Assembly: GCA_034431195.1 (NCBI GenBank)
Contig: DAOUDP010000017.1
Location: 195,051-259,050 of the forward strand
Source: Dehalococcoidia bacterium
GTDB lineage: Bacteria; Chloroflexota; Dehalococcoidia; GIF9; AB-539-J10
Direction: 5' to 3'
DNA length: 64,000 nucleotides
This document shows, one piece after another, positions 18,023 to 27,503 of the stretch. Under the pieces are notes generated by a model, which worked only from the letters and a program-made list of their open reading frames with translations, did no database searches and was not told the DNA's origin. Each line of letters begins with the position of its first letter. Within the stretch, counting starts at the first letter, position 1. A program made the translations under genes and the position numbers.

Positions 18023-18556
18023 ATGTTGATGCCGGAGAAAAAATTGTCTAGACAACAGCTCTATCAGGGTAAAGCGGTGAGTTTATATGTGGATACGGTA
18101 GAAAAACCAGGCGGGAAGACGACTACCAGGGAAGTGGTGGAGCACAGCAAATGTGTGGCGGTTGTTGTAATTGATGAACAGGATAACGTGCTTTTAGAAC
18201 GCCAGTTTCGTTATCCAGTGAGCAAGTTCTTGCTGGAGATACCCGCTGGACGGATTGACCCTGGTGAGGAACCTATTGACTGTGTCCGCCGTGAGTTGCA
18301 GGAGGAAATCGGCTATTATCCTCAAAAAATAGAGGAGCTTGGTGGTTTTTATTCCGTTCCTGGCTATGGCACGGAGTATCTATATTGCTATTTAGCTAGT
18401 GATCTTGTCCCCAGCCGCCTTATAGCTGAGGATACTGAAGACATAGAGGTAGTGCGAGTTCCCATAAGCAAGATTACTCAGCTCATCACTTCAGGCGAGA
18501 TTTGCGATGCTAAGAGCATCGCTGCGTTACTCCATTTTCTCGTGCAGCGAGAATAA
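18023..18556 (+). CDS. NUDIX hydrolase, ADP-ribose pyrophosphatase-like
   Basis: Nudix box GRIDPGEEPIDCVRRELQEEIG. Confidence 0.85.
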   Translation: MLMPEKKLSRQQLYQGKAVSLYVDTVEKPGGKTTTREVVEHSKCVAVVVIDEQDNVLLERQFRYPVSKFLLEIPAGRIDPGEEPIDCVRRELQEEIGYYPQKIEELGGFYSVPGYGTEYLYCYLASDLVPSRLIAEDTEDIEVVRVPISKITQLITSGEICDAKSIAALLHFLVQRE

Positions 18557-18575
18557 TAATTAGGATAAGGAGGTT

Positions 18576-19382
18576 TTGACGGTGCCGAAGGTAAGGGTAA
18601 ACGACATCCAGATGTTCTACGAAGTACACGGGGAGGGCTTTCCGCTGATGATGATCATGGGGTTCACTGGAAACACAAGCTGGTGGGCCCCTCGCTGGAT
18701 TGAAACGCTCTCCGAGAAATTTAAGATAATTGCATTTGATAACAGGGGAGCTGGACGCACCGACATATCTGACAGGGAATATTCTATCAAATTGTTTGCC
18801 GACGATACTGCAGGTTTGATGGATGCTTTGGGTGTCTCCCGGGCTGATGTGCTTGGAATCTCAATGGGGGGGATGATAGCTCAAGAGCTTGTCCTTAACT
18901 ATACTGAGAAGGTGAAAAAAGTTGTCCTGTGTTCAACCCACTGCGGGGGTGCGAAGTCAGTTCAGGCGTCTGAGGAGGTGCTGGGAACGCTCACATCCGC
19001 TAGGAGTGGTGTGTCTGTGGAGGAAGTGGCCAGAATGACGATTCCACTTTTTTTCACCGAGGACTTCCTCAAAAATACCCCTGGCGTGGAAGAACTGGTA
19101 ATCGAGCAAATCACCAAGAACCCAATTTCAAATGAAGCCTTCATGCGCCAGATGAGCGCAATAATGCAATTCGATACTTATGATAGGCTGTCGCAGATCA
19201 AAACACCCACTCTGATACTGCATGGCAAGCAGGACATTCTCATACCCCCAGAAAACGGTTCAATCCTGGAAAAAGCCATACCCGGCTCCAGGCTTGTCTT
19301 CTTTGAGGATTGCGCCCACGGACTTTTGGAAGAGACGGAGGAGGTGCTTGGCACCATTTTGGAGTTTCTCGCCGAATCCTAA
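18576..19382 (+). CDS. alpha/beta-fold hydrolase
   Basis: GISMGG nucleophile elbow, HGxxD tail; GTG at 18582 with AGGATAAGGAGG 8 nt upstream is the likelier start. Confidence 0.8.
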   Translation: MTVPKVRVNDIQMFYEVHGEGFPLMMIMGFTGNTSWWAPRWIETLSEKFKIIAFDNRGAGRTDISDREYSIKLFADDTAGLMDALGVSRADVLGISMGGMIAQELVLNYTEKVKKVVLCSTHCGGAKSVQASEEVLGTLTSARSGVSVEEVARMTIPLFFTEDFLKNTPGVEELVIEQITKNPISNEAFMRQMSAIMQFDTYDRLSQIKTPTLILHGKQDILIPPENGSILEKAIPGSRLVFFEDCAHGLLEETEEVLGTILEFLAES

Positions 19383-19394
19383 CAATGTAAAAGC

Positions 19395-20468
19395 TTATTT
19401 CAGCTTCTCTATGACGGCATCGGCAACCTGGCTGGTGCCTACAGGATTGTCAGGCTTTAGATCATAGGTCAGGTTCTTGCCTTCCGCAATGACATCGGCG
19501 ATTGCCTTTTCCAGTTTATTGGCAGTGTCTGCTTCCCCCAGGTAGCGAAGCATCATTACCCCGGAGAGCATCATTGCCATAGGGTTGACCTTATTTTGCC
19601 CGGCATACCTGGGGGCGCTGCCATGTGTGGGCTCAAAGACAGCGATATCATCCCCGATATTAGCCCCGGGGGCTACTCCCATACTGCCGACTAATCCGGC
19701 ACAAAGCTCGGAGATAAAGTCTCCATAAAAATTGGGCAGGACCAGAACATCAAATTGCCACGGTTTTCGCACTAACTCCATACAAGTTGTATCTAAAACC
19801 ATGTCGTTAAATTCGATGTCGGGATATTCCTTAGCCACCTGGCGAGCGGTATCGAGGAAAAGGCCATCGGAGAACTTCAGTATATTGGCCTTGTGAATAG
19901 CGGTTACCTTTTTCCTGTTGTTTTGCCTGGCGTAGTCGAAGGCAAATTTGACAATTCGCCTGCTTGCTGTCTGGGATATGACTTTCAGACTCACTGCGGA
20001 ATCTTCCTTTATCCTATCTCCAGTTGTTTTGAAGACGAAATCCAGTAACTGTGTAGTCTGCGAGCTATCTCTGGCAAATTCTATACCTGAATAAAGGTCT
20101 TCGGTATTTTCCCTGACCACCACTATGTCTACATCTTTGAACGGTGTCGGTATGCCAGGATAAATTTTGTATGGCCGAAGGCAAGCGTAAAGGTCTAGTT
20201 CCTTGCGCAGAGCGACATTAACGCTTCTAAACCCACTACCGATGGGTGTGGTCACCGGCCCTTTTAGGGCAACTTTATTTTTTCTTATTGAGTCCAGTGT
20301 GGTTTGGGGAAGCGGCGTGCCAAACACTTCCTGAGCTCGGGAGCCTATAGTGACTACATCCCATTGAAACTGGACTCCGGTTGCCTCTAATACCCTTCGA
20401 GTGGCCTCAGCAACCTCGGGTCCTATACCATCGCCGGGGATGAAAGTTACCCTATGCTGCATGGTCAT
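19395..20468 (-). CDS. isocitrate/isopropylmalate dehydrogenase family beta-decarboxylating dehydrogenase (IDH/HICDH-like; may serve as LeuB)
   Basis: IPGDGIGPEV, KGPVTTPIGSGFRSVNVALRKELDLYACLRP, NLFGDILSDL-like motifs; the TPIGxGxxSxN block is more IDH/HICDH-like than classical LeuB; ATGA overlap with leuD. Confidence 0.8.
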   Translation of the reverse strand: MTMQHRVTFIPGDGIGPEVAEATRRVLEATGVQFQWDVVTIGSRAQEVFGTPLPQTTLDSIRKNKVALKGPVTTPIGSGFRSVNVALRKELDLYACLRPYKIYPGIPTPFKDVDIVVVRENTEDLYSGIEFARDSSQTTQLLDFVFKTTGDRIKEDSAVSLKVISQTASRRIVKFAFDYARQNNRKKVTAIHKANILKFSDGLFLDTARQVAKEYPDIEFNDMVLDTTCMELVRKPWQFDVLVLPNFYGDFISELCAGLVGSMGVAPGANIGDDIAVFEPTHGSAPRYAGQNKVNPMAMMLSGVMMLRYLGEADTANKLEKAIADVIAEGKNLTYDLKPDNPVGTSQVADAVIEKLK

Positions 20469-20971
20469 AGTTTGAAATCCTTATGCTTTTTAATATAGGG
20501 GATGAGCCCTCCTTCCTTAAGTATGGCGAACATCAATGGTGGCATTTTAGTGGAAGTAAGTCTAGCATTGGAGGTCAGGTTAGTTATCACTCCCTCGGTT
20601 AAATTTATCTCAAGCTGGTCTCCATCGTTAATCTGGTCGGTATCGCAGAGCAATACCGGTAAGCCTTGATTTATGGCGTTTCTGAAAAAAATACGAGCTG
20701 CTGATTTAGCCAGAATGGCAACTATTCCTGACATTTTGATTACCAAAGGGGCATGCTCCCTGCTGGAACCTGAGCCAAAATTCTTGCCTGCCACCAGAAA
20801 ATTGCCCTGATTTACCCTGGAGGCAAAATTGGGGATGAGGTCCTCAAAGGTGTGTTTGGAAAGCTCAGGCAGGTTGCTTCTTAGATGAGCGAATCTGCCG
20901 GGAATAATGTCGTCTGTGGAGATGTCGTCCCCCAGCTTAATTGCTTTTCCTTTGAGCACTGCTTCAGGCAT
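20465..20971 (-). CDS. leuD: 3-isopropylmalate dehydratase small subunit (LeuD-type)
   Basis: 168 aa aconitase swivel domain (LGDDISTDDIIP, NFGSGSSREHA). Confidence 0.87.
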   Translation of the reverse strand: MPEAVLKGKAIKLGDDISTDDIIPGRFAHLRSNLPELSKHTFEDLIPNFASRVNQGNFLVAGKNFGSGSSREHAPLVIKMSGIVAILAKSAARIFFRNAINQGLPVLLCDTDQINDGDQLEINLTEGVITNLTSNARLTSTKMPPLMFAILKEGGLIPYIKKHKDFKL

Positions 20972-22224
20972 TATATAGCCTCCCTGGGGTCGGTAATTTC
21001 GCCCTTGATAGCTGAGGCGGCGGCGGTGGCTGGGCTAGCCAGGTATATCATGGCTTCAGGATTGCCCATGCGTCCCTTAAAATTTCGGTTGGCGGTGGAA
21101 AGGCAAGCCTCTCCATCTGCTAATACGCCTTGGTGTAAACCAAGGCAGGCTGCACAGCCTGGAGGCAGGATAACAGCTCCAGATTCAACCAGGCTGTGGA
21201 TATAGCCTTTCTCTATCGCCTGCAAAAGCACCTGCTGTGAAGCTGGCGCCACCAGAAGCCTGGTATCAGAATACCTCTTCTTACCTTGCAGAATATTAGC
21301 CGCCAGGGCTAAGTCTTCAAGACGCCCATTGGTGCAGGTGCCGATGAATACTTGCTGGACTTTAATCCCCTTTGCTTCGCTGACGGGACGGACATTATCC
21401 ACGGTGTGGGGAAAGGAAACCATTGGTTCAAGGGAAGCGAGATTTAGCGACATGATCCGCTCATAACTGGCATCGGCGTCGGGATAGAGCGGGTTATAGC
21501 TATTGCCGTGTCCTTGTGAAGAAAGAAAGCTTTTGGTGACTTCATCGCTGGGAAATAAGCCAACTTTGGCTCCTGCTTCCACAACCATGTTAGCTATGGT
21601 GAGACGCTCGGACATTGTCAAGCGAGCTAAGGATTCACCACCGAATTCCAGAGCTTTATAGGTGGCACCATCAGCACCAAGCTGACCAATGAGGGATAAA
21701 ATCAGGTCTTTGGCATAAACCCCTTTAGGGGAGGAGCCGCTGAGGTTAATCAGAAAAGTTTCTGGCACGCGGAACCAGGTTTTGCCCAGTGCCATGGCTA
21801 TAGCTATATCAGTGGACCCCATGCCGGTGGCAAAAGCACACAAGGCTCCAGCAGTAACGGTATGGGAATCAGCACCAACAATGATATTCCCTGGATTGGC
21901 AAATAGCTCAGCTACTAACTGGTGGCATATCCCATTTCCCACCTCATAAATATGGCAATTTGTTTCCCTGGCAAAGTGGCGCAAAAGTACGTGGTCATTA
22001 GAAATCTGCTGGGCAGGACTGGGGGCAGCGTGGTCGAGGAAAATCGCTGCCTTTTCCGGCTCGGCTATAGCCGCAAGGCCGCTTTCCTTAAATTGTTTTA
22101 TCACTAGCGGTCCTGTGGTATCCTGGAGGAACACCAGGTCCACGTTGGCAATGACGATATCGCCTGACTTAGCGTCGGTGCCTGCTTTAAGGCTAAGGAT
22201 TTTTTCAGCTAAAGTTTTCCCCAT
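20971..22224 (-). CDS. leuC: 3-isopropylmalate dehydratase large subunit (LeuC-type aconitase family)
   Basis: 417 aa; aconitase catalytic motifs (GICHQ, GADSHT, GTCTNGR, cysteine ligands). Confidence 0.9.
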   Translation of the reverse strand: MGKTLAEKILSLKAGTDAKSGDIVIANVDLVFLQDTTGPLVIKQFKESGLAAIAEPEKAAIFLDHAAPSPAQQISNDHVLLRHFARETNCHIYEVGNGICHQLVAELFANPGNIIVGADSHTVTAGALCAFATGMGSTDIAIAMALGKTWFRVPETFLINLSGSSPKGVYAKDLILSLIGQLGADGATYKALEFGGESLARLTMSERLTIANMVVEAGAKVGLFPSDEVTKSFLSSQGHGNSYNPLYPDADASYERIMSLNLASLEPMVSFPHTVDNVRPVSEAKGIKVQQVFIGTCTNGRLEDLALAANILQGKKRYSDTRLLVAPASQQVLLQAIEKGYIHSLVESGAVILPPGCAACLGLHQGVLADGEACLSTANRNFKGRMGNPEAMIYLASPATAAASAIKGEITDPREAI

Positions 22225-22230
22225 TAAAGA

Positions 22231-23781
22231 TTACAGAGGGATATTGCTATGTTTTTTAGGGGGATTAGCAACTTTTTTATTCTTGAGCATTTCCAGGGCT
22301 TTGATGACCTTTGGGCGTGTTTCTCGGGGGTCGATGACATCATCAATATAGCCTCTGGCTGCAGCTATATATGGACTGGCAAACTTATCGCGGTACTCCT
22401 GAATCAGTCTTTCCCTTGTTTCCTCGGGTTTTTCTGATTTAGCTATCTCGGCACGGTAAACGATGTTGGTTGCTCCTTCGGGGCCCATCACAGCGATTTC
22501 CGCCGTTGGCCAGGCGTAACAAATATCTCCCCGCAGCCCTTTGCTGCTCATGGCTACATAGGCTCCACCGTATGCCTTGCGGGTAATTATGCTTATCTTG
22601 GGCACAGTTGCCTCAGCATAGGCGAAGAGCAACTTAGCTCCGTGCCTGATGATACCTCGGAATTCCTGGTCAGTTCCAGGCATATATCCCGGCACATCAA
22701 CGAAGGTAACCAGGGGGATGTTGAAGCAATCGCAAAAGCGGACGAATCTGGATGCCTTATCCGAGGCGTCAATATCGAGTACGCCGGCCAAATGAAGGGG
22801 CTGCTGAGCTAGAATGCCTGCACTCTGTCCGCCCATCCGGGCAAAGCCCACGATGAAGCTGCGAGCAAATCTGTGGTGAACTTCGAGAAAGTCACCGTTG
22901 TCCACCACTTTGGTTATGATGTGTTTCATATCATAAGGCTTGGCTGGGCTATCAGGCACCATGTGAAGTAATTCTTCATCTGTGCGATTAGGGTCATCAC
23001 CGGTGTCTTCAAAGGGAGGGGGGTGTTGATAGCCTTGGGGGAGAAAGCTCAACAATTTACGCACCAGTTCAAAACATTCCTGTTCGGTATCAATGGCGAA
23101 ATGAGCATTTCCACTTTTGGTGGCATTTACCATAGCGCCGCCCAGTTCCTCCAGGCTGATTTCCTCTCCAGTTACCGTTTTGACCACCTCAGGTCCAGTG
23201 ATATAGCTCTGACCTATTCCCCTGACCATAAACACAAAATCGGTTATGGCTGGTGAGTACACAGCGCCTCCTGCGGTAGGTCCAACTATCACCGAAATCT
23301 GGGGGATAGTGCCTGAGTATATAGTGTTACGGGTGAAGATTTCGCCGTAGGCTTTAAGACTATCAGCCCCTTCCTGGATGCGTGCTCCTCCTGAGTCGAG
23401 TATGCCCACGAAGGGCGCGCCAGTTGTGGCGGCTAAGTCCATTACCTGGCAGATTTTGTTGGAGGCTACTTCTGATAATGAGCCGCCGAGAACGGTGAAA
23501 TCCTGGGAAAAGGCGAAGATAAGACGTCCAGCAACCTTTCCATAACCGGTGATGACTGAATCGCCGGGGAACTTCTGCTCTGCCATGCCAAAGTCAGTGC
23601 AGCGGTGGGTCACAAAAGGGTCTATTTCCTCGAAGCTGCCAGGGTCGAAAAGGAGGTCTAATCGTTCCCTGGCGGTCAACTTCCCCTTGCTATGTTGCGC
23701 TTCAATGCGCTTCGCTCCCCCACCTTGCCTTGCCTTCTCTCTGAGCTCGTTTAATTGCGCTAACTTTTGTTCGATATCCAT
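22231..23781 (-). CDS. acyl-CoA carboxylase carboxyltransferase beta subunit (propionyl-CoA carboxylase beta / methylmalonyl-CoA carboxyltransferase 12S family)
   Basis: 516 aa; GKLTARERLDLLFDPGSF, GGAR, GPTAGGAVYSPA, AYGGAY motifs. Confidence 0.87.
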   Translation of the reverse strand: MDIEQKLAQLNELREKARQGGGAKRIEAQHSKGKLTARERLDLLFDPGSFEEIDPFVTHRCTDFGMAEQKFPGDSVITGYGKVAGRLIFAFSQDFTVLGGSLSEVASNKICQVMDLAATTGAPFVGILDSGGARIQEGADSLKAYGEIFTRNTIYSGTIPQISVIVGPTAGGAVYSPAITDFVFMVRGIGQSYITGPEVVKTVTGEEISLEELGGAMVNATKSGNAHFAIDTEQECFELVRKLLSFLPQGYQHPPPFEDTGDDPNRTDEELLHMVPDSPAKPYDMKHIITKVVDNGDFLEVHHRFARSFIVGFARMGGQSAGILAQQPLHLAGVLDIDASDKASRFVRFCDCFNIPLVTFVDVPGYMPGTDQEFRGIIRHGAKLLFAYAEATVPKISIITRKAYGGAYVAMSSKGLRGDICYAWPTAEIAVMGPEGATNIVYRAEIAKSEKPEETRERLIQEYRDKFASPYIAAARGYIDDVIDPRETRPKVIKALEMLKNKKVANPPKKHSNIPL

Positions 23782-23857
23782 GCTCGTCTTTCCTTGATGA
23801 TTTATTCAGTTGAGTTATTGTGCTATTTTAGTTGCTTCCTTTGCTATAATCAACAGC

Positions 23858-24763
23858 ATGACTGATCAGAATAGTAAGCCAGTGAAGCCTGCTTTCACTC
23901 ATTGTGGCCAGGCTACCTTTTATTGGGGTAGGCGGACCTATATCATGGGGATCATAAATCTTTCTCCAGACTCCTTCTCTGGGGATGGATTAGAAAATGG
24001 GGATGTTGCCTTACTTAAGGCGAGGCAGTTAGTGGCTGATGGGGCAGACATAATTGACGTAGGTGGGGAATCCACTCGCCCCAGTGCTGCTCATCTTTCG
24101 GTTGATGAAGAATTACGCCGGGTAATTCCTGTCCTGCAAAAGCTGCGCAAGGAGATATCAATACCGTTAAGCATCGATACTTATAAGCTTGAGGTAGCTC
24201 GTGAAGCGCTGGATGCTGGTGCCAACATGATAAATGACATCTGGGGATTGAAGAAGGAGCCCCGACTGGCTGAGTTAGCAGCTCGGAGGGAAATACCGAT
24301 CATCCTGATGAGCAATCAGCGGGATATTTCTCTTCACCACGATGTTATCTTCCCCGATATTATCTCCGTGGTTATTGCTGATTTGCAGAAAGCTATTGAG
24401 CAAGCCCTCTCTGCAGGCATGCCTTGCGAAAATATCATCGTTGATCCCGGCATCGGTTTCGGCAAGACACAGGAACAGAATCTGGAGATTCTACAGCGAC
24501 TGGAAGAGCTTAAGATGCTGGGCAGGCCAATCCTTTTAGGTAGCTCCCGTAAATCGGTAATAGGGTGGGCGCTTGATTTGACTCCAGAACAAAGGTCACA
24601 AGGGATGGCATTTGTTCCCCCTGCTGACCAACGTTTAGAGGGAACAGCAGCTACTATAGCTCTCGGCATCGCCAAGGGTGCTGATATGGTTAGAGTGCAT
24701 GATGTCAAGGAGATGGCACGCGTTTGTAAGATGAGCGATGCCATTGTTAGAGGATGGCGGTAA
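23858..24763 (+). CDS. folP: dihydropteroate synthase
   Basis: IMGIINLSPDSFSGDG, DVGGESTRP, IDTYK, GFGKT motifs; start placed at ATG 23858 (MTDQNS...). Confidence 0.85.
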   Translation: MTDQNSKPVKPAFTHCGQATFYWGRRTYIMGIINLSPDSFSGDGLENGDVALLKARQLVADGADIIDVGGESTRPSAAHLSVDEELRRVIPVLQKLRKEISIPLSIDTYKLEVAREALDAGANMINDIWGLKKEPRLAELAARREIPIILMSNQRDISLHHDVIFPDIISVVIADLQKAIEQALSAGMPCENIIVDPGIGFGKTQEQNLEILQRLEELKMLGRPILLGSSRKSVIGWALDLTPEQRSQGMAFVPPADQRLEGTAATIALGIAKGADMVRVHDVKEMARVCKMSDAIVRGWR

Positions 24764-25253
24764 ATTGGCTATTGCTCATCTTTGTCTTGGCTCAAACTTA
24801 GGGGATAGAATGGCAAACTTGAACAAGGCTGTGGCATTGCTTTCTAAGAGGGTAGATATTGAAAAGGTTTCCTCCATTTATGAAACTGAGCCGATAGGCT
24901 ATAAAGAGCAACCACTGTTTCTTAATATGGTATGTCAAGTCACCACCGCCTTGAACCCCTGGGAGCTTCTTCACTTTGTCAAGGATATTGAGGCAAAAAT
25001 GGGCAGGGTACAAAATTTCCCCAACTCACCGCGTCTTATAGATATAGACATCCTCTTTTATGGTCGTGAGGTTATCAGGACCGATGAATTAAACGTACCG
25101 CACCCTCGGCTGGCGGAAAGAGCCTTTGTGCTTATACCATTAGCTGAAATTGCTCCACAGCTAACTCATCCTGAACTGGACAGGGAAATTAGTGAACTGG
25201 CTGAGGTTGTGGAGGGGCAAGATGGTGTGCGAAAATGGACATCGGAGGATTAA
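24738..25253 (+). CDS. folK: 2-amino-4-hydroxy-6-hydroxymethyldihydropteridine pyrophosphokinase (HPPK)
   Basis: LGSNLGDR, YETEPIGY, PRLIDIDIL, PHPR motifs. Confidence 0.82.
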   Translation: MPLLEDGGKLAIAHLCLGSNLGDRMANLNKAVALLSKRVDIEKVSSIYETEPIGYKEQPLFLNMVCQVTTALNPWELLHFVKDIEAKMGRVQNFPNSPRLIDIDILFYGREVIRTDELNVPHPRLAERAFVLIPLAEIAPQLTHPELDREISELAEVVEGQDGVRKWTSED

Positions 25254-25622
25254 ATGTACCAGCTATTCGTAGAAGAACACTTTGATGCGGCGCACTATCT
25301 CCGCAAATATCGCGGTAAATGTGAAAATCTACATGGGCATCGCTTTAAGGTGATAGCCCGCCTGCAAGCAGAGGAACTCGATGAGGCTGGTTTAGCCTAT
25401 GACTTTGCCCGGATAAAGCATTGGTTGAGGGAAATTTTAGCTTCCTTCGACCACATCTGTCTCAATGATGTGCCCCCATTCAATAACATTGAGCCTTCCT
25501 GTGAGAACATTGCTGCTACGATATATAACGAACTTAAGCCCCGTCTTTCAGGCTCATCAGCCACATTGGCCTGTGTGGAAGTCTGGGAGTCACCTACGAG
25601 CGGCGTAGTTTATACCCCCTGA
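25254..25622 (+). CDS. 6-pyruvoyl-tetrahydropterin synthase family protein (QueD/PTPS); candidate PTPS-III
   Basis: 122 aa; EEHFDAAHYL and CENLHGH zinc/catalytic motif. Confidence 0.8.
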   Translation: MYQLFVEEHFDAAHYLRKYRGKCENLHGHRFKVIARLQAEELDEAGLAYDFARIKHWLREILASFDHICLNDVPPFNNIEPSCENIAATIYNELKPRLSGSSATLACVEVWESPTSGVVYTP

Positions 25623-25667
25623 GAATAAAGGGGGTTCCCAGAAATTTGGGGAATTTCTGGGGTAAAG

Positions 25668-25859
25668 TTAATCCTTCTTTTCGTCGAAGTTTGGCGGCAG
25701 CAAGTTGGGGATTGTGTCCACAATAGGATAAGAATGCTGACATTTGGCGCAGTACAGAGAGCCGGTAACTATTTCATTATCCTCTTCCTTCTCCAAAGTA
25801 AGCTTCAAATCCCCCTTGCATACTGGACACGCCAGAATTTTCATAAGCTCTCTTTTCAT
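25668..25859 (-). CDS. Trm112-like / UPF0434 small zinc-ribbon protein
   Basis: 63 aa; LACPVCKG ... CAKCQ ... YPIVDTIPNLL pattern. Confidence 0.7.
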   Translation of the reverse strand: MKRELMKILACPVCKGDLKLTLEKEEDNEIVTGSLYCAKCQHSYPIVDTIPNLLPPNFDEKKD

Positions 25860-25919
25860 GATGGCTACGTATTATAGCAGATAAATATCAAATGCAGTAA
25901 ATGAAATATAGCCTCTTTC

Positions 25920-26155
25920 CTTGTCATTGCGAGGAGTGCCCCTCTTGTCATTGCCGGGAAATCCTAAACTCAAAGCACTAAACCCTAAACAAATCCCAAT
26001 TTGGTAGCTATCAGCCTTCAGCTTCATATCGACTGCTTTTTCATTTTTGCTCTGTCATTCTGCCTTTTGATTTTTGAGTTTTGCTTTCCTGAGATTGCCA
26101 CGCCTTCGGCTCGCAATGACAGACAAGGAAGGCTCGCGATAATATAAAGAATGAC
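25920..26155. mobile_element. second MITE-like copy of the GTCATTGCGAGG/GCTCGCAATGAC element (~235 bp)
   Basis: First ~55 bp nearly identical to 16242-16296; shared internal tagctatcagc and gactgctttttcat blocks; ends gccttcggctcgcaatgacag; no ORF. Confidence 0.6.
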
Positions 26156-26249
26156 CATGGCTTACCCCAAACTTACTTTGAGATGTCACCTGCGTATCTG
26201 GATGGGTTTAGGAGAGGCGAACATGGTATAATATGCCGCAGGAGGTAAA

Positions 26250-26579
26250 GTGACTGTACAAATCAAGAAAACTTACAGCGGGATAAACCCTGAGATGCTT
26301 CGTGACGAAATACGGGATCTGGTTCAAAAGCGGGGGATTATGGTGGAAGAAGCGAAGGTGCAGACCTACGGTCTTCCCAGTGGTGCAACGCAATCCCGGG
26401 TTACCATGGTGTTTAAGGCAGGGGAGGAGGAGTGCGGCAGTGCCGAGATTATCGACTTACCAGGGGGCGAAACAAAGTTGATGGTCGATCTGGATGAAAG
26501 ACTCCTCTCCCAGGAGGGCATTTCATCCCTTCAGAAGGACCTGGATTTCATCCTCGACTCATACGAGGTCAAGTGGTAA
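26250..26579 (+). CDS. hypothetical protein (109 aa)
   Basis: Intact ORF with GGAGG 8 nt upstream of its start; no recognisable domain. Confidence 0.4.
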   Translation: MTVQIKKTYSGINPEMLRDEIRDLVQKRGIMVEEAKVQTYGLPSGATQSRVTMVFKAGEEECGSAEIIDLPGGETKLMVDLDERLLSQEGISSLQKDLDFILDSYEVKW

Positions 26580-26860
26580 CTCATGAGGGAAACCAGACAG
26601 GATAGGAGGGAAAAGCGCCGGGCAAAGGAAAAGGCGAGGATGCCTAAGCACGGCAAGAGCCTGGCAAGGGTATATAAGGATGCTGTATCTAAGAGGGCGG
26701 AGGAGATAAAGGGACATGGATAAGAAAAAAAAGAAGAAACCGAAGAAGAAGGAAAAAAAATAAGGTTTACCTAAAAATCAGGACACGCTGGCAAAAATCA
26801 ATTGCCCACTGAAATTAGTATTCATCGTGTTGTATAGAGATAGTTTATTCTTTTTGTTAC

Positions 26861-27412
26861 CTATGCTGTTCTTCTGTATCTGATGGGGCGTTTGCCTATC
26901 CACAGGCCTCTGAAGAAAGCTCGGTTGAGGAGATGGCAATAATCGGCGACATCAAGAAGGTCTTTAGATATACTTCTTTCGAAATAAGCCACTTCGACAT
27001 GCCTGCCGATATTCTTCGCTGCCTGAAGGACATAAGCAAAATCGGAGTCTCCACTTACCAGCACCGCTATATCATAGAGTCCATTGTAGCCGAAACGGAG
27101 CAAATCCGTGGCTAACATGATGTCTATGCCCTTTTCCACAGGGATGCCCTGAGATAGCTTGGTGGTGCCCAGGCGAACTTCCAAGTAAGGCGTCTTTCGC
27201 AAGCTGTCGAGAAATTCTTGCTGCTCTCGATAGGCATCAGGCCAGCGGTTTGAGTCCTGGAGCACGTTATAATAATAAACTCGGAACAGGTGCCTTGTAT
27301 CACAGAGCTTGCGGGCAAATTCGCCGAAGTTGAGGTCATGGCGCTTAAAGTTGTTCTGCAAAGCATGATACAAATTGCTTCCATCTATAAAAACGGCAAC
27401 TTTATCTTCCAT
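26861..27412 (-). CDS. NYN-domain (LabA-like PIN-fold) protein
   Basis: VFIDGSNLYHAL, ATDLL and VSGDSDF acidic motifs characteristic of NYN/LabA. Confidence 0.8.
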   Translation of the reverse strand: MEDKVAVFIDGSNLYHALQNNFKRHDLNFGEFARKLCDTRHLFRVYYYNVLQDSNRWPDAYREQQEFLDSLRKTPYLEVRLGTTKLSQGIPVEKGIDIMLATDLLRFGYNGLYDIAVLVSGDSDFAYVLQAAKNIGRHVEVAYFERSISKDLLDVADYCHLLNRAFFRGLWIGKRPIRYRRTA

Positions 27413-27503
27413 GTTCCTCCCTTATACCAGATTGTGTCTTTAAGTATACACCGTTGAAACGGAAAATCGCTAGCACTCAAGTTCTCATCGCCTGGGTGCT
27501 CAA

